Positions 1 through 8,807 of a DNA stretch of 64,000 bases are shown piece after piece; position 1 is the stretch's first letter, and every line of letters begins with the position of its first letter. This DNA is from Microbacterium sp. GTDB taxonomy: Bacteria; Actinomycetota; Actinomycetes; Actinomycetales; Microbacteriaceae. The DNA lies in the NCBI RefSeq assembly GCF_047606385.1, contig NZ_JASGEL010000091.1, positions 1,785 to 65,784 on the forward strand. The letters are read 5' to 3'. Under the pieces are notes generated by a model. The model did no database searches. It was not told the DNA's origin and worked only from the letters and a program-made list of their open reading frames with translations. The position numbers and the translations under genes are program-made.

Positions 1-13
1 GGTCGCGGTGCCG

Positions 14-844
14 TCAGTACTCATACGGGTCCGACGGCTCGTCGATCGGCGTGACGAGCGAGGCGAGGATCTCGAGCGTGCCGTCGTCGCCCGTACGCAC
101 GGTTCCCGAGATGGTCACCCATTGGCCGGCGCCGAGGCCCGCGGCGTCGGCGGCGACCGTGACGGTGGCGGGCTGCGCGTCGATCACGCAGTGCGTGATC
201 ACGAGCCGCGTGAGCGAGAAGTCGCCCGACCCGGCCTGGCTGACGAAGCCGGTGAGGGTCACCGCGTCCCCCTCGAACGCGTCCGGGTTGGTGGCCGTGG
301 CGAACACGCTGGCCCAGTCGCCGACGCCGAACGACGCGGTGTCGCCGGTCGTCGCCAGCGTGATCGCGTCGGAGCCGGAGAACAGCGGCGCGGCGCCGGT
401 GTCGCGGGACGCCGCGAGCTGCGCCGACAGCGACGCCGCGGGCAGCACGAGCATGCCAAGCACGATGCCCGAGGCGAGCACGCCGCCGGTGGCGACGGCC
501 ACGCGGGCGACGGCGCTCGGCGCGTGTCCGTCTCCGTGAAGATGCCCGGCATCATGCCCTGTTGCGACATCCTGACGGAGACGAACCTGTTCGTCGCGGT
601 GCGGCGCGTGCGGCACCGGAGCGTGGTCGTGGCCGTGATCCGCCTCGGCGCCCAGCGGCAGCGCGAAGCTCAGCAGCGTGCCCACGAGCGCGACGACCGC
701 CATCAGCACGGCGAACCATGCGGCATCCGGGTTGATGTACAGGCCGATCCGGCCGGTGACGGCGAGCGCGACCGTGACGGCGGCGAGGCAGGCGGCCAGG
801 CCCACGCCCAGCCAGCGGGTGAGGAGGCTCTGCGATCTAGACAA
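14..844 (-). CDS. TIGR03943/DUF1980-family membrane protein with His-rich loop (partner of the adjacent permease)
   Basis: 276-aa ORF with N-terminal TM helices, a His-rich segment (DHGHDHAPVPHAPH, GHDAGHLHGDGH) and a soluble C-terminal domain. It overlaps the upstream permease gene by 8 nt and is the last gene of the zinc module. Confidence 0.7.
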   Translation of the reverse strand: MSRSQSLLTRWLGVGLAACLAAVTVALAVTGRIGLYINPDAAWFAVLMAVVALVGTLLSFALPLGAEADHGHDHAPVPHAPHRDEQVRLRQDVATGHDAGHLHGDGHAPSAVARVAVATGGVLASGIVLGMLVLPAASLSAQLAASRDTGAAPLFSGSDAITLATTGDTASFGVGDWASVFATATNPDAFEGDAVTLTGFVSQAGSGDFSLTRLVITHCVIDAQPATVTVAADAAGLGAGQWVTISGTVRTGDDGTLEILASLVTPIDEPSDPYEY

Positions 845-1868
845 GCAGGTTCACCGCCGTCCCGAGCGCGAACGAGAACAGCAGCACCACCACGACCATG
901 CCGGCGATGGTGCGGGCGGTGAACGTGGTGCGCAGCAGGGCGATCATCTTGACGTCGACCAGGGGCCCCGTCACCAGGAACGCGGCGATCGACCCGGACG
1001 TGAACGTCGAGGCGAACGAGAGCGCGAAGAAGGCGTCGACGTTGGAGCAGATCGAGACGACCATCGCGAGCGCCATCATCGCGACGATCGACAGCACCGG
1101 GTTCGATCCGATGGCCAGCAGCGCATCGCGGGGCACGACCACCTGCACCGCTCCGGCCAGCGCCGCGCCGATCACGAGCGCCGGCATCACCGCCCGGAAC
1201 TCGACGACGAGCTGGGCGAGGCTGCGCCGCCATCTGCCGCCGCGCTCCGGGGCGACCAGTTCGCAGGCGTCCCGGAACCGCTCGGTGAGCAGGCCGTCGG
1301 GGTCGGGATGCCGGCTGTACAGCCAGCCGAGCAGGTTGGCGACCGCGTAGCCGCCGAGCAGGCGCGCGACGAGGATGCCGTCGGAGAACCCGAACGCCTG
1401 ATGGGTCGTGATGATGACGATCGGGTTCACGATCGGCGCGGCGATGAGGAACGTGAGCGTCTCGGGCACCGTGAAACCGCGCATCAGCAGGCCGCGGGCG
1501 AACGGCACGTTGCCGCATTCGCAGACGGGCACGATCATGCCGAGCAGGGACAGCACGGCCCGGCGGGCCCAGGCGCGGCGCGGCATCCATCGTTCGATCG
1601 TCCCGGCCGGCACCCACACCTGCACGACGATGGAGAGGACCACGCCGAGCACGACGAACGGCAGCGACTCGATCAGGACGCTGAGGGCGAGGGTGATGCC
1701 GTCCTGGAGCTGGTCGGGCAGCGAGCCCGGCACGAGCTGCGGGACGAGGGCTGCGACCCCGAGCAGCACGACGAGCGCCAGGACGCCGAGGCCGAGGCCG
1801 GCGGCGGCTCCCGCGCCCCGGACCGGCACCTTCGCGGTCTTGGGGACGTAGCGGGTCGGGGCGGACAC
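837..1868 (-). CDS. UPF0718/DUF318 (YraQ-type) permease, putative metal transporter
   Basis: 343-aa multi-pass membrane ORF with a VCECGN motif, typical of the permeases that pair with TIGR03943 genes. It starts 3 nt after the zur stop. Confidence 0.75.
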   Translation of the reverse strand: MSAPTRYVPKTAKVPVRGAGAAAGLGLGVLALVVLLGVAALVPQLVPGSLPDQLQDGITLALSVLIESLPFVVLGVVLSIVVQVWVPAGTIERWMPRRAWARRAVLSLLGMIVPVCECGNVPFARGLLMRGFTVPETLTFLIAAPIVNPIVIITTHQAFGFSDGILVARLLGGYAVANLLGWLYSRHPDPDGLLTERFRDACELVAPERGGRWRRSLAQLVVEFRAVMPALVIGAALAGAVQVVVPRDALLAIGSNPVLSIVAMMALAMVVSICSNVDAFFALSFASTFTSGSIAAFLVTGPLVDVKMIALLRTTFTARTIAGMVVVVLLFSFALGTAVNLLV

Positions 1869-1871
1869 GCC

Positions 1872-2267
1872 TCAGGCCTGCGCCTTCGCGCACGGCGTGC
1901 ACAGCCCGAAGATGTCGACGACGTGCTCGGCCTGCGTGAAGCCGTGGCGTGTGGCGGTGCGCTGCGCCCACGCCTCGACCTCGGAGGCCTCGATCTCGAC
2001 CGTGAGCCCGCAGTTGCGGCAGATCAGATGGTGATGGTGATGCGCGCTCTCGCATGCGCGGAAGAGGTTCTCCCCGTCGGGGCTCTGCAGCGAGTCGGCC
2101 GAGCCGTCCGTGGTGAGGGAGGACAGCGCGCGGTAGACGGTCGCGAGGCCGATGCCGGTGTCGGCCTCGCGCAGCCGGGCGTAGAGCGTCTGCGCGCTCA
2201 CGAAGCCGCGAGCCGAGGCGAGCTCCTCGCGGACGCGCTCGCGCTGCCAGGTGTTGCGCTGAGCCAT
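1872..2267 (-). CDS. zur: Fur-family zinc uptake regulator
   Basis: 131 aa. Winged-helix N-terminus (GLATVYRAL), a HHHHH-LIC-x2-C site and a C-terminal C-x2-C site. It is embedded in the znu operon. Confidence 0.85.
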   Translation of the reverse strand: MAQRNTWQRERVREELASARGFVSAQTLYARLREADTGIGLATVYRALSSLTTDGSADSLQSPDGENLFRACESAHHHHHLICRNCGLTVEIEASEVEAWAQRTATRHGFTQAEHVVDIFGLCTPCAKAQA

Positions 2268-2313
2268 GGCCGGAAGTTTACCGGCGCGGCGCTGGGCGCG
2301 GCCCGGACGCCGG

Positions 2314-3174
2314 CTATGCGTCGCGGGCGGCGCGGTCGCGACGGGCGCCCACGAAACGGCACACGACGTAGATCAGGAACGAGATGGTCGTGATGTAGGG
2401 GCTCACCGGCAGGGTGCCGGCGACGGCGAGCAGGATGCCGCCGACCGCGGACACGACGCCGAACAGCGCCGCGAGCAGCGGCACGGCCAGCGGCCCGGTC
2501 GACACGCGCATCGCGGCGGCGGCGGGCGTCACCAGCAGCGCCATCACCAGCAGCGCGCCGATGATGTGCACGGCGACGGCGACGACGAGGCCGAGCAGCA
2601 GCATGAACGCGAACGAGACGGCGCGGGTCGGCACGCCGCGCGCGGCAGCCGACTGCGGGTCGAGGGAGTCGAACCGCAACGGCCGCCAGATGAGCAGCAG
2701 CCCCACGAGCACGAGCACGCCGATGACGATCAGCACGCCCAGCTGGCTGCTCTGCACCGACACGATCTGCCCCGTCAGCAGGCTGAAGCGGTTCGCGCTG
2801 CGACCGTTGTACAACGAGAGGAACAGGATGCCGAGGCCGAGCCCGAACGGCATGAGCACGCCGATGATCGAGTTCCGGTCACGGGCGCGGGCGCCCAGCC
2901 AGCCGATGAGGCCCGCCGCGATCAACGAGCCGACGAGCGAGCCGGTGACCACATCCACCCCGAACAGCAGCGCCGCGGCCGCGCCCGCGAAGGACATCTC
3001 GCTGATCCCGTGCACGGCGAACGCCATGTCCCGCTGCATGACGAACACGCCGATGAGGCCGCCGACGATGCCGAGAACGGCGCCGGCCCACACCGAGTTC
3101 TGCACGAGGGCCAGCACCGCCCCGTACTGCGAGGCCCCGCCGAAGAGCGCGTCGCCGATGTCCGACCAGTTCAC
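2314..3174 (-). CDS. znuB: Metal (zinc) ABC transporter permease, ABC-3 family
   Basis: 286 aa with about 8 TM helices and a ZnuB/MntB/TroC-like pattern. It overlaps the ATPase gene by 4 nt. Confidence 0.85.
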   Translation of the reverse strand: MNWSDIGDALFGGASQYGAVLALVQNSVWAGAVLGIVGGLIGVFVMQRDMAFAVHGISEMSFAGAAAALLFGVDVVTGSLVGSLIAAGLIGWLGARARDRNSIIGVLMPFGLGLGILFLSLYNGRSANRFSLLTGQIVSVQSSQLGVLIVIGVLVLVGLLLIWRPLRFDSLDPQSAAARGVPTRAVSFAFMLLLGLVVAVAVHIIGALLVMALLVTPAAAAMRVSTGPLAVPLLAALFGVVSAVGGILLAVAGTLPVSPYITTISFLIYVVCRFVGARRDRAARDA

Positions 3175-3998
3175 AGCCGAGGCTCCCTCGGCGGCCGGTC
3201 GTGGTGGTGGTGGCTCTCCTCGGCATCCGGAGCGCCGACCACCACCAGGCGATCGCCCGCGCGCAGCACGAACACCGGCGCGCCGTACAGGTCGGTCAGG
3301 GTACGCGAGTCGAGCACCTCGTCGGGAGTGCCGAGGGTGAACCTGCCCCCCGCCAGGTACAGGATGCGGTCGACCGCCCCGAGGACCGGGTTGATGTCAT
3401 GCGTCACCAGCAGCACGCCCGCCCCGCGCTCACGACGGTGACGATCGATGAGCCCGACGACGGCCTGCTGGTTGGCCAGGTCCAGGCTGGTCAGCGGCTC
3501 GTCGCACAGCAGCAGCCGGGGGTCGTCGGCGAGCGCCTGGCCGACGCGCAGCCGCTGCTGCTCGCCGCCGGAGAGCACGCCCACCGGCCGGTCGGCGAAG
3601 TCGCGCGCGCCGACCGCGTCGATCAGCGCGTCGACGCGGTCCCGCTCCCCCCGCCGCGGGAGCGGGAGGCCGAAGCGGTGCCCGTCGACGCCGAGCGTCA
3701 CGAGGTCGCGGCCCCGCAGCGCGGCGTAGCGGGGCATCGGCCGCTGCTGCGGGATGTAGCCGATGCGACGGTTGCCGGCCCTGCGCACGGGCTCGCCGAG
3801 CGCCTCGATGCTGCCGGAGCTCAGCCGCTCCAGGCCCAGGATGGCCCGCAGCAGCGTGGTCTTGCCCGCGCCGCTGGGGCCGAGCACGGCGATCAGCTCG
3901 CCGGGCGCGACCTCCAGGTCCAGGCCGCTCCACAGCTCGTGCCCGTTGCGACGAAGCGCGGCGGACGTGATGCGCAGCGGCGGCCCGCCCGCGCTCAC
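3171..3998 (-). CDS. znuC: Metal (zinc) ABC transporter ATP-binding protein
   Basis: Walker A GPSGAGKTT, signature LSGGEQQR, Walker B LLLCDEP. I place the start at GTG 3998 (GTGA overlap with the znuA stop) rather than at the longest-ORF start 4043. Confidence 0.85.
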   Translation of the reverse strand: MSAGGPPLRITSAALRRNGHELWSGLDLEVAPGELIAVLGPSGAGKTTLLRAILGLERLSSGSIEALGEPVRRAGNRRIGYIPQQRPMPRYAALRGRDLVTLGVDGHRFGLPLPRRGERDRVDALIDAVGARDFADRPVGVLSGGEQQRLRVGQALADDPRLLLCDEPLTSLDLANQQAVVGLIDRHRRERGAGVLLVTHDINPVLGAVDRILYLAGGRFTLGTPDEVLDSRTLTDLYGAPVFVLRAGDRLVVVGAPDAEESHHHHDRPPREPRL

Positions 3999-4981
3999 GA
4001 ATCGAGCGCGGCGGCGAGCGCGGATACGTTCTGCTGCATCCACTCAATGTAGGTCAATCCGTCCGGAAGCGTCTCCGACACCTCCAGCACGGGCACACCG
4101 GCCGCGTCGGCCGTGTCGATGAGCTGCGTCGTCTCGGCGCCGCCGGTCTGCGAGTTCGCGAACAGCACGCTCACCTCGCCCGACTGCAGCAGGGTCGTCG
4201 CCTCCAGCAGCGTCGCCGCCGGCACGTCGTTGCCCTCCTCGACCGCCTCGCTGAAGTCCTCGGGCATGACGTTGACGAGACCCGCCGCTTCCACGAGGTA
4301 GCCGGGGACCGGCTCGGTGTACATGACCTCCTCGCCCTGGTGCGCGGCCGCGATCTCGTCCGTGCTCGCGGTCAGGGAGTCGAGCTGGGAGGTGAACGCG
4401 TCGAGGTTCGCCGAGAACGTCGACGCGTCGTCGGGCAGGAGGGCGCTCAGCTCGTCCGCGATGGCCTGCGCGACGCTGGCGATAGTGTCGAAGGAGTACC
4501 AGACGTGCTCGTTGAAGCCCTCGAGCTCGTCCTCGTCGTGGTCGAGCTCGGCGTGCGGATCGGACTGCAGCTCGGCGGTGGTGTCCTCGTCGGCCTGCTC
4601 GCCCTGCCACGCCGACGAGTACTCGGCGGCGACGATCACGGGGGCCTCGGATCCGCTCGCGTCGATGAGCGAGTCGATGAACGGGTCGTAGCCGCCGCCG
4701 TTCGCGACGATCAGGTCGGCGCTCTGCACGGTGAGCTGGTCGGCTGCGGTCGCCTCGAACTCGTGCGGGTCCTGCGACGCCGAGTCGATGATCGACGTCA
4801 CGGTGACGTCGTCGCCGGCGATCTCCTGCGCGATCTGGCCGTAGACGTTCGTCGAGGTGACGAGCGTGAACGTGCCGTCGGAGGCGTCGTCGGAGGCGGA
4901 GGATGCGGCGCAGCCGGCGAGGGCGAGCACGGCAGCGGCGGACACGGCGGGCAGGGCGAGAGTCATCCGGATTCGGGGCAT
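3995..4981 (-). CDS. znuA: Metal (zinc) ABC transporter substrate-binding lipoprotein
   Basis: 328 aa. Signal peptide with lipobox LAGC. Acidic/His-rich insertion (DPHAELDHDEDELEGFNEH) typical of zinc-specific cluster A-I binding proteins. Confidence 0.85.
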   Translation of the reverse strand: MPRIRMTLALPAVSAAAVLALAGCAASSASDDASDGTFTLVTSTNVYGQIAQEIAGDDVTVTSIIDSASQDPHEFEATAADQLTVQSADLIVANGGGYDPFIDSLIDASGSEAPVIVAAEYSSAWQGEQADEDTTAELQSDPHAELDHDEDELEGFNEHVWYSFDTIASVAQAIADELSALLPDDASTFSANLDAFTSQLDSLTASTDEIAAAHQGEEVMYTEPVPGYLVEAAGLVNVMPEDFSEAVEEGNDVPAATLLEATTLLQSGEVSVLFANSQTGGAETTQLIDTADAAGVPVLEVSETLPDGLTYIEWMQQNVSALAAALDS

Positions 4982-4999
4982 GCTCCTACCGTAACGCTA

Positions 5000-5016
5000 T
5001 TGAGAATCGTTCTCAA
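5000..5016. promoter_or_regulatory. Candidate Zur box
   Basis: TTGAGAATCGTTCTCAA has perfect 7-bp inverted arms (TTGAGAA/TTCTCAA) around a 3-nt centre. It ends 18 nt upstream of the znuA ATG and resembles the actinobacterial Zur operator TGAAAAT-N-ATTTTCA type. Confidence 0.6.
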
Positions 5017-5057
5017 ACTGAGGACCGGTCGCTGCCACCGAGCCCCCTCACGCCGCC

Positions 5058-6446
5058 TCAGTCCAGCAGCAGCGCCGGCTCCTCCAGCACGGATGCGACG
5101 TCCGCCACGAACCGGCTCACGCCGTCGCCGTCGATCACGCGGTGGTCGAACGAGCCCGACACCGTCGTGACCCAGCGGGGCCGCACCTCGCCGTCGACCA
5201 CCCACGGCTTCTGCCGGATCGCGCCCATCGCGATGATCCCGGACTCGCCGGGATTGATGATCGGGGTCCCGGCATCCATCCCGAACACGCCGATGTTGGT
5301 GATCGTGATGGTGCCGCCCTGCTGGTCGGCCGGCGAGGTCTTGCCGGCCCGCGCGGTGAGGGTGAGGTTCTCCAGCGCCCTGGCGAGCTCGCGCGTGTTG
5401 AGGCTCTGCGCCTCCTTGATGTTCGGCACGAGCAGGCCCCGCGGGGTGGCGGCCGCGATGCCGAGGTTCACGAAGTGGCGCACGCGGATCTCGGCACTGC
5501 CGTCCTCCTTGTCGACCCACGCCGAGTTGATCATCGGCGTGCGCCGCACCGCCCAGATCACGGCGCGGGCCATGATCAGCAGCGGCGAGACCTTGACGTC
5601 GGCGAAGTCCGGCGAGGCCTTCAGGCGCTTGACGAGCTCCATGGTGCGGGTGGCGTCGACATCCGTCCACACCGACACGTGCGGGGCGCTGTAGGCCGAG
5701 CCGACCATCGCGCTCGCGGTGGCCTTGCGCACGCCCTTGACCGGGATGGTCTCCTCCCGCTCGCCGGCGGGGGCCGGTGCCGCTCGCGGCGGCGTGGGCG
5801 CCTGCGCGGGTGGCGGAGCGACGGACGCCGCGACCGGGATGGTCTCCTCGCGCACCTCGGGCCACTCCGGCGTCTGCAGGTTGCGGAACACCTGCGCCTG
5901 AGACGCGTGGGTGACCACGTCCTCGCGGGTGACCTCGCCGTTCGCACCGGTGGGGGTGACCTCGGCCAGGTCGACGCCGAGGTCGCGGGCGAGCTTGCGG
6001 ATCGGGGGCTTGGCGACCACGACCCCGGACGCCGCGGGCTTCGCCGGGGCGTGGGCGCCTCGGCCGGGCTTGCGGCGCGAGCTGACGTGGCCGGCGGCAC
6101 CGTAGCCGACCAGCACCGAGCCGGAGCCCTCGTCCGCGGTCTCCTCGGGCACGGCGTGCTCGGCGGCCGGATGGTCGGCGGGAAGCGGGGCGTCGGCGGT
6201 GGCGCCGGCATCCGCGATCGTGACGATCGCCGCCCCTACGTCGACGGTCGTGCCCTCGGCGACGAGCAGCTCGCCGACGGTGCCGGCGAACGGGGACGGC
6301 AGCTCGACGAGGGACTTGGCGGTCTCGATCTCGACGATGACGTCGTTGACGGCGACCGTGTCGCCGGGCGCGACGCGCCACTGCACGATCTCGGCCTCGG
6401 TGAGGCCCTCGCCGACGTCCGGCAGGTGGAAGGTCTGGCTCGTCAT
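5058..6446 (-). CDS. bkdC: 2-oxoacid dehydrogenase E2 (dihydrolipoamide acyltransferase), branched-chain type
   Basis: 462 aa. Lipoyl domain ([15 protein letters not shown]), Ala/Pro linkers, subunit-binding domain ([14 protein letters not shown]) and a catalytic domain with DHRVIDG. Confidence 0.9.
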   Translation of the reverse strand: MTSQTFHLPDVGEGLTEAEIVQWRVAPGDTVAVNDVIVEIETAKSLVELPSPFAGTVGELLVAEGTTVDVGAAIVTIADAGATADAPLPADHPAAEHAVPEETADEGSGSVLVGYGAAGHVSSRRKPGRGAHAPAKPAASGVVVAKPPIRKLARDLGVDLAEVTPTGANGEVTREDVVTHASQAQVFRNLQTPEWPEVREETIPVAASVAPPPAQAPTPPRAAPAPAGEREETIPVKGVRKATASAMVGSAYSAPHVSVWTDVDATRTMELVKRLKASPDFADVKVSPLLIMARAVIWAVRRTPMINSAWVDKEDGSAEIRVRHFVNLGIAAATPRGLLVPNIKEAQSLNTRELARALENLTLTARAGKTSPADQQGGTITITNIGVFGMDAGTPIINPGESGIIAMGAIRQKPWVVDGEVRPRWVTTVSGSFDHRVIDGDGVSRFVADVASVLEEPALLLD

Positions 6447-6560
6447 GCGGGCTTCCTTTCAGCGGCGGACTGTCCACGACTCAGGCGATTCCGGCCTGCC
6501 ACGCCGTCGACGGCGGCCATCGGACCGATTCTGCCTGAGTTATGCGCAGCCATGGCGGGT

Positions 6561-7544
6561 TCAGTAGGCCAGGGCCCGGTCGACGGCCTCGAGGATGCGG
6601 TCGGCATCCGGCAGGTAGAGGCCCTCGAGCTTCGCGGGCGGGAAGGGCACGTCGAAGCCGGAGACGCGGAGCACGGGCGCCTCGAGCGCGTAGAACGCCT
6701 GCTCGGCGACGGTCGCGGCGATCTCGGAGCCCAACGAGGTGAACCCCGGCGCCTCCTGCGCGTAGACCATGCGGCCGGTACGGCGCACCGACTCGAGGAT
6801 CGGACCGTAGTCGACCGGCGAGAGCGAGCGCAGGTCGACGACCTCGGCCGAGACGCCCTCCCCCTCGGCGAGGGCGGCCGCCTGCAGCAGCGTCGCGACC
6901 ATGGCGCCGTGACCGACGAGGGTCACGTCGGTGCCGCGACGCACGACCCGTGAGGCGTGCAGCGGCAGCGCCCGCTGGGCCAGGTCGACCTCGCCCTTGG
7001 GCCAGTAGCGGCTCTTCGGCTCGAAGAAGATCACCGGATCGTCGCTGGCGATCGCGTCCTGGATCATCCAGTACGCGTCGTTCGGCGTCGAGGGGCTGAC
7101 CACGCGCAGCCCCGGCGTGTGGGTGAAGTACGCCTCCGGACTCTCCTGGTGGTGTTCGATCGCCCCGATGTGGCCGCCGTAGGGGATGCGGATGACGACC
7201 GGCATCCGCAGGGCGCCCTCGTGCCGGTTGGTGATCTTGGCCAGCTGCGAGGTGATCTGGTCGAATCCCGGGTAGACGAAGCCGTCGAACTGGATCTCGC
7301 ACACCGGCCGGAAGCCGGCCATGGCGAGACCGATCGCGGTGCCGATGATGCCCGACTCCGCCAGGGGGGTGTCGATCACGCGGCGCGGGCCGAACTCGGC
7401 CTGCAGGTCCTCGGTGATGCGGAACACGCCGCCGAGCGGCCCGATGTCCTCGCCCATCAGCACGACGTGGTCGTCGTCGGTCATGGCCTGCCGCAGCCCG
7501 GCGTTCAGCGCCTTGCTCAGCGGCATCGTCTCGAGTTCGCTCAT
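6561..7544 (-). CDS. bkdB: 2-oxoacid dehydrogenase E1 component beta subunit
   Basis: 327 aa with transketolase-like pyrimidine-binding and C-terminal domains (VVLMGEDIG, TPLAESGIIGTAIG). Purine-rich RBS GGGGGAGGGG upstream. Confidence 0.9.
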   Translation of the reverse strand: MSELETMPLSKALNAGLRQAMTDDDHVVLMGEDIGPLGGVFRITEDLQAEFGPRRVIDTPLAESGIIGTAIGLAMAGFRPVCEIQFDGFVYPGFDQITSQLAKITNRHEGALRMPVVIRIPYGGHIGAIEHHQESPEAYFTHTPGLRVVSPSTPNDAYWMIQDAIASDDPVIFFEPKSRYWPKGEVDLAQRALPLHASRVVRRGTDVTLVGHGAMVATLLQAAALAEGEGVSAEVVDLRSLSPVDYGPILESVRRTGRMVYAQEAPGFTSLGSEIAATVAEQAFYALEAPVLRVSGFDVPFPPAKLEGLYLPDADRILEAVDRALAY

Positions 7545-7564
7545 TCGGCGCCCCTCCCCCGAGC

Positions 7565-7639
7565 ATGTCCCAGTTCGGCGCGGTATAGGAGGCTCATACC
7601 GCGCCGAACTGGGACATCAACCGCGCCGAACTGGGACAT
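7565..7639. repeat. Triplicated 20-22-nt repeat (one inverted pair plus one extra direct copy) in the bkdA-bkdB intergenic region
   Basis: ATGTCCCAGTTCGGCGCGGTAT (7565-7586) is the perfect reverse complement of 7596-7617, with a 9-nt loop AGGAGGCTC. ACCGCGCCGAACTGGGACAT is repeated directly at 7598-7617 and 7620-7639. Confidence 0.9.
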
Positions 7640-7641
7640 GG

Positions 7642-8802
7642 TCATGCCTGGTCCTCCTCGTACGAGGCCTCGTAGGCGGCGAGCCACTCGCGCTGGGCGT
7701 CCATCAGCGGATGCGGCTCGCTGTACACGTGCGCGAACATGCTGTCGGGCTCGATGCCGCCCAGCGCCACCGTGCGGATGCGGGTGTCCTCCGCGACCGC
7801 GTCGGCCTCGGCGGCCACGTCGGCGAAGAACGCCTCGCTCGCACCGCGGGAGAGGAGGTACGCCCTCATGCGCGCGATCGGGTCGCGGCGCGACCACGCC
7901 TCCTCCTCGTCGCCGGTGCGATACTTCGTGGGGTCGTCGCTGGTGGTGTGAGCGCCCATGCGGTAGGTTATCGCCTCGATCGCGCGGGGGCCGAGGCCCG
8001 CCCGCGCCTCGTCGAGCGCCCGCCGCGTGACAGCGTAGCTGGCCAGCACGTCGTTGCCGTCGACCTGCACGCTCGGCATCCCGTACCCCTCCCCCCGGCG
8101 GTAGAGCGGAGCGGGGGACTGGGTGCGCACCGGCACCGAGATGGCCCACTGGTTGTTCTGCAGGAAGAACACCTCGGGGGTCTGGAAGCTCGCGGCGAAC
8201 ACCATCGACTCGTGCACGTCGCCCTGGCTGGAGGCGCCGTCGCCGTAGTAGACGATGACGGCCTCGTCGCGCTGCGGGTCGCCCTGCCCGCTCTTGCCGT
8301 CGAAGGCGAGACCCATCGCGAACCCGGTGGCGTGCAGCGTCTGCGAGCCCAGCACGAGCGTGTAGATGTGCACGTTGCCGTTCTCGGGGTCGAAGGGGTT
8401 CCACCCGCCGTGGGTGAGGCCCTTCATCACCCGGATGATGTCGACCGGATCGACGCCGCGGATCGTGCAGACGACGTGCTCGCGATAGGACGGGAAGATG
8501 TGGTCCTGCGGGCGCGCCGCCCGGGCGGATCCGACCTGCGCCGCCTCCTGCCCGAGGCTCGGCGGCCAGAGCGCGAGCTGACCCTGGCGCTGCAGGTTGG
8601 TCGCCTGCCGGTCGAAGGCCCGGATGACGATCATGTCGCGGTAGAACGTCTCGAGGTCGGCGTCGCCGAGCGCCGCGATCGCCTCCAGATAGGGCTCGGC
8701 GGCCGGCGTCGGGGCGAACGTGCCGTCGGCGGCGAGCACCCTCGCCACGCTCGGATCGTCGGCGGGCACCAGGTCGCAGGGAACCGAGTCGTCGGTGGTC
8801 AC
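7642..8802 (-). CDS. bkdA: 2-oxoacid dehydrogenase E1 component alpha subunit (TPP-dependent)
   Basis: 386 aa with TPP-binding motif YYGDGASSQGDVHES...LQNNQWAIS. It starts 5 nt after the aminotransferase stop. Confidence 0.9.
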   Translation of the reverse strand: MTTDDSVPCDLVPADDPSVARVLAADGTFAPTPAAEPYLEAIAALGDADLETFYRDMIVIRAFDRQATNLQRQGQLALWPPSLGQEAAQVGSARAARPQDHIFPSYREHVVCTIRGVDPVDIIRVMKGLTHGGWNPFDPENGNVHIYTLVLGSQTLHATGFAMGLAFDGKSGQGDPQRDEAVIVYYGDGASSQGDVHESMVFAASFQTPEVFFLQNNQWAISVPVRTQSPAPLYRRGEGYGMPSVQVDGNDVLASYAVTRRALDEARAGLGPRAIEAITYRMGAHTTSDDPTKYRTGDEEEAWSRRDPIARMRAYLLSRGASEAFFADVAAEADAVAEDTRIRTVALGGIEPDSMFAHVYSEPHPLMDAQREWLAAYEASYEEDQA

Positions 8803-8807
8803 GGGTT

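Noticed and set aside
7565-7639. Possible CRISPR-like array (repeated 20-mers)
   Set aside because: There are only three copies, one of them inverted, with 2-9 nt between them (no spacers), no cas genes, and a location inside an operon. I treat it as a structured intergenic repeat.
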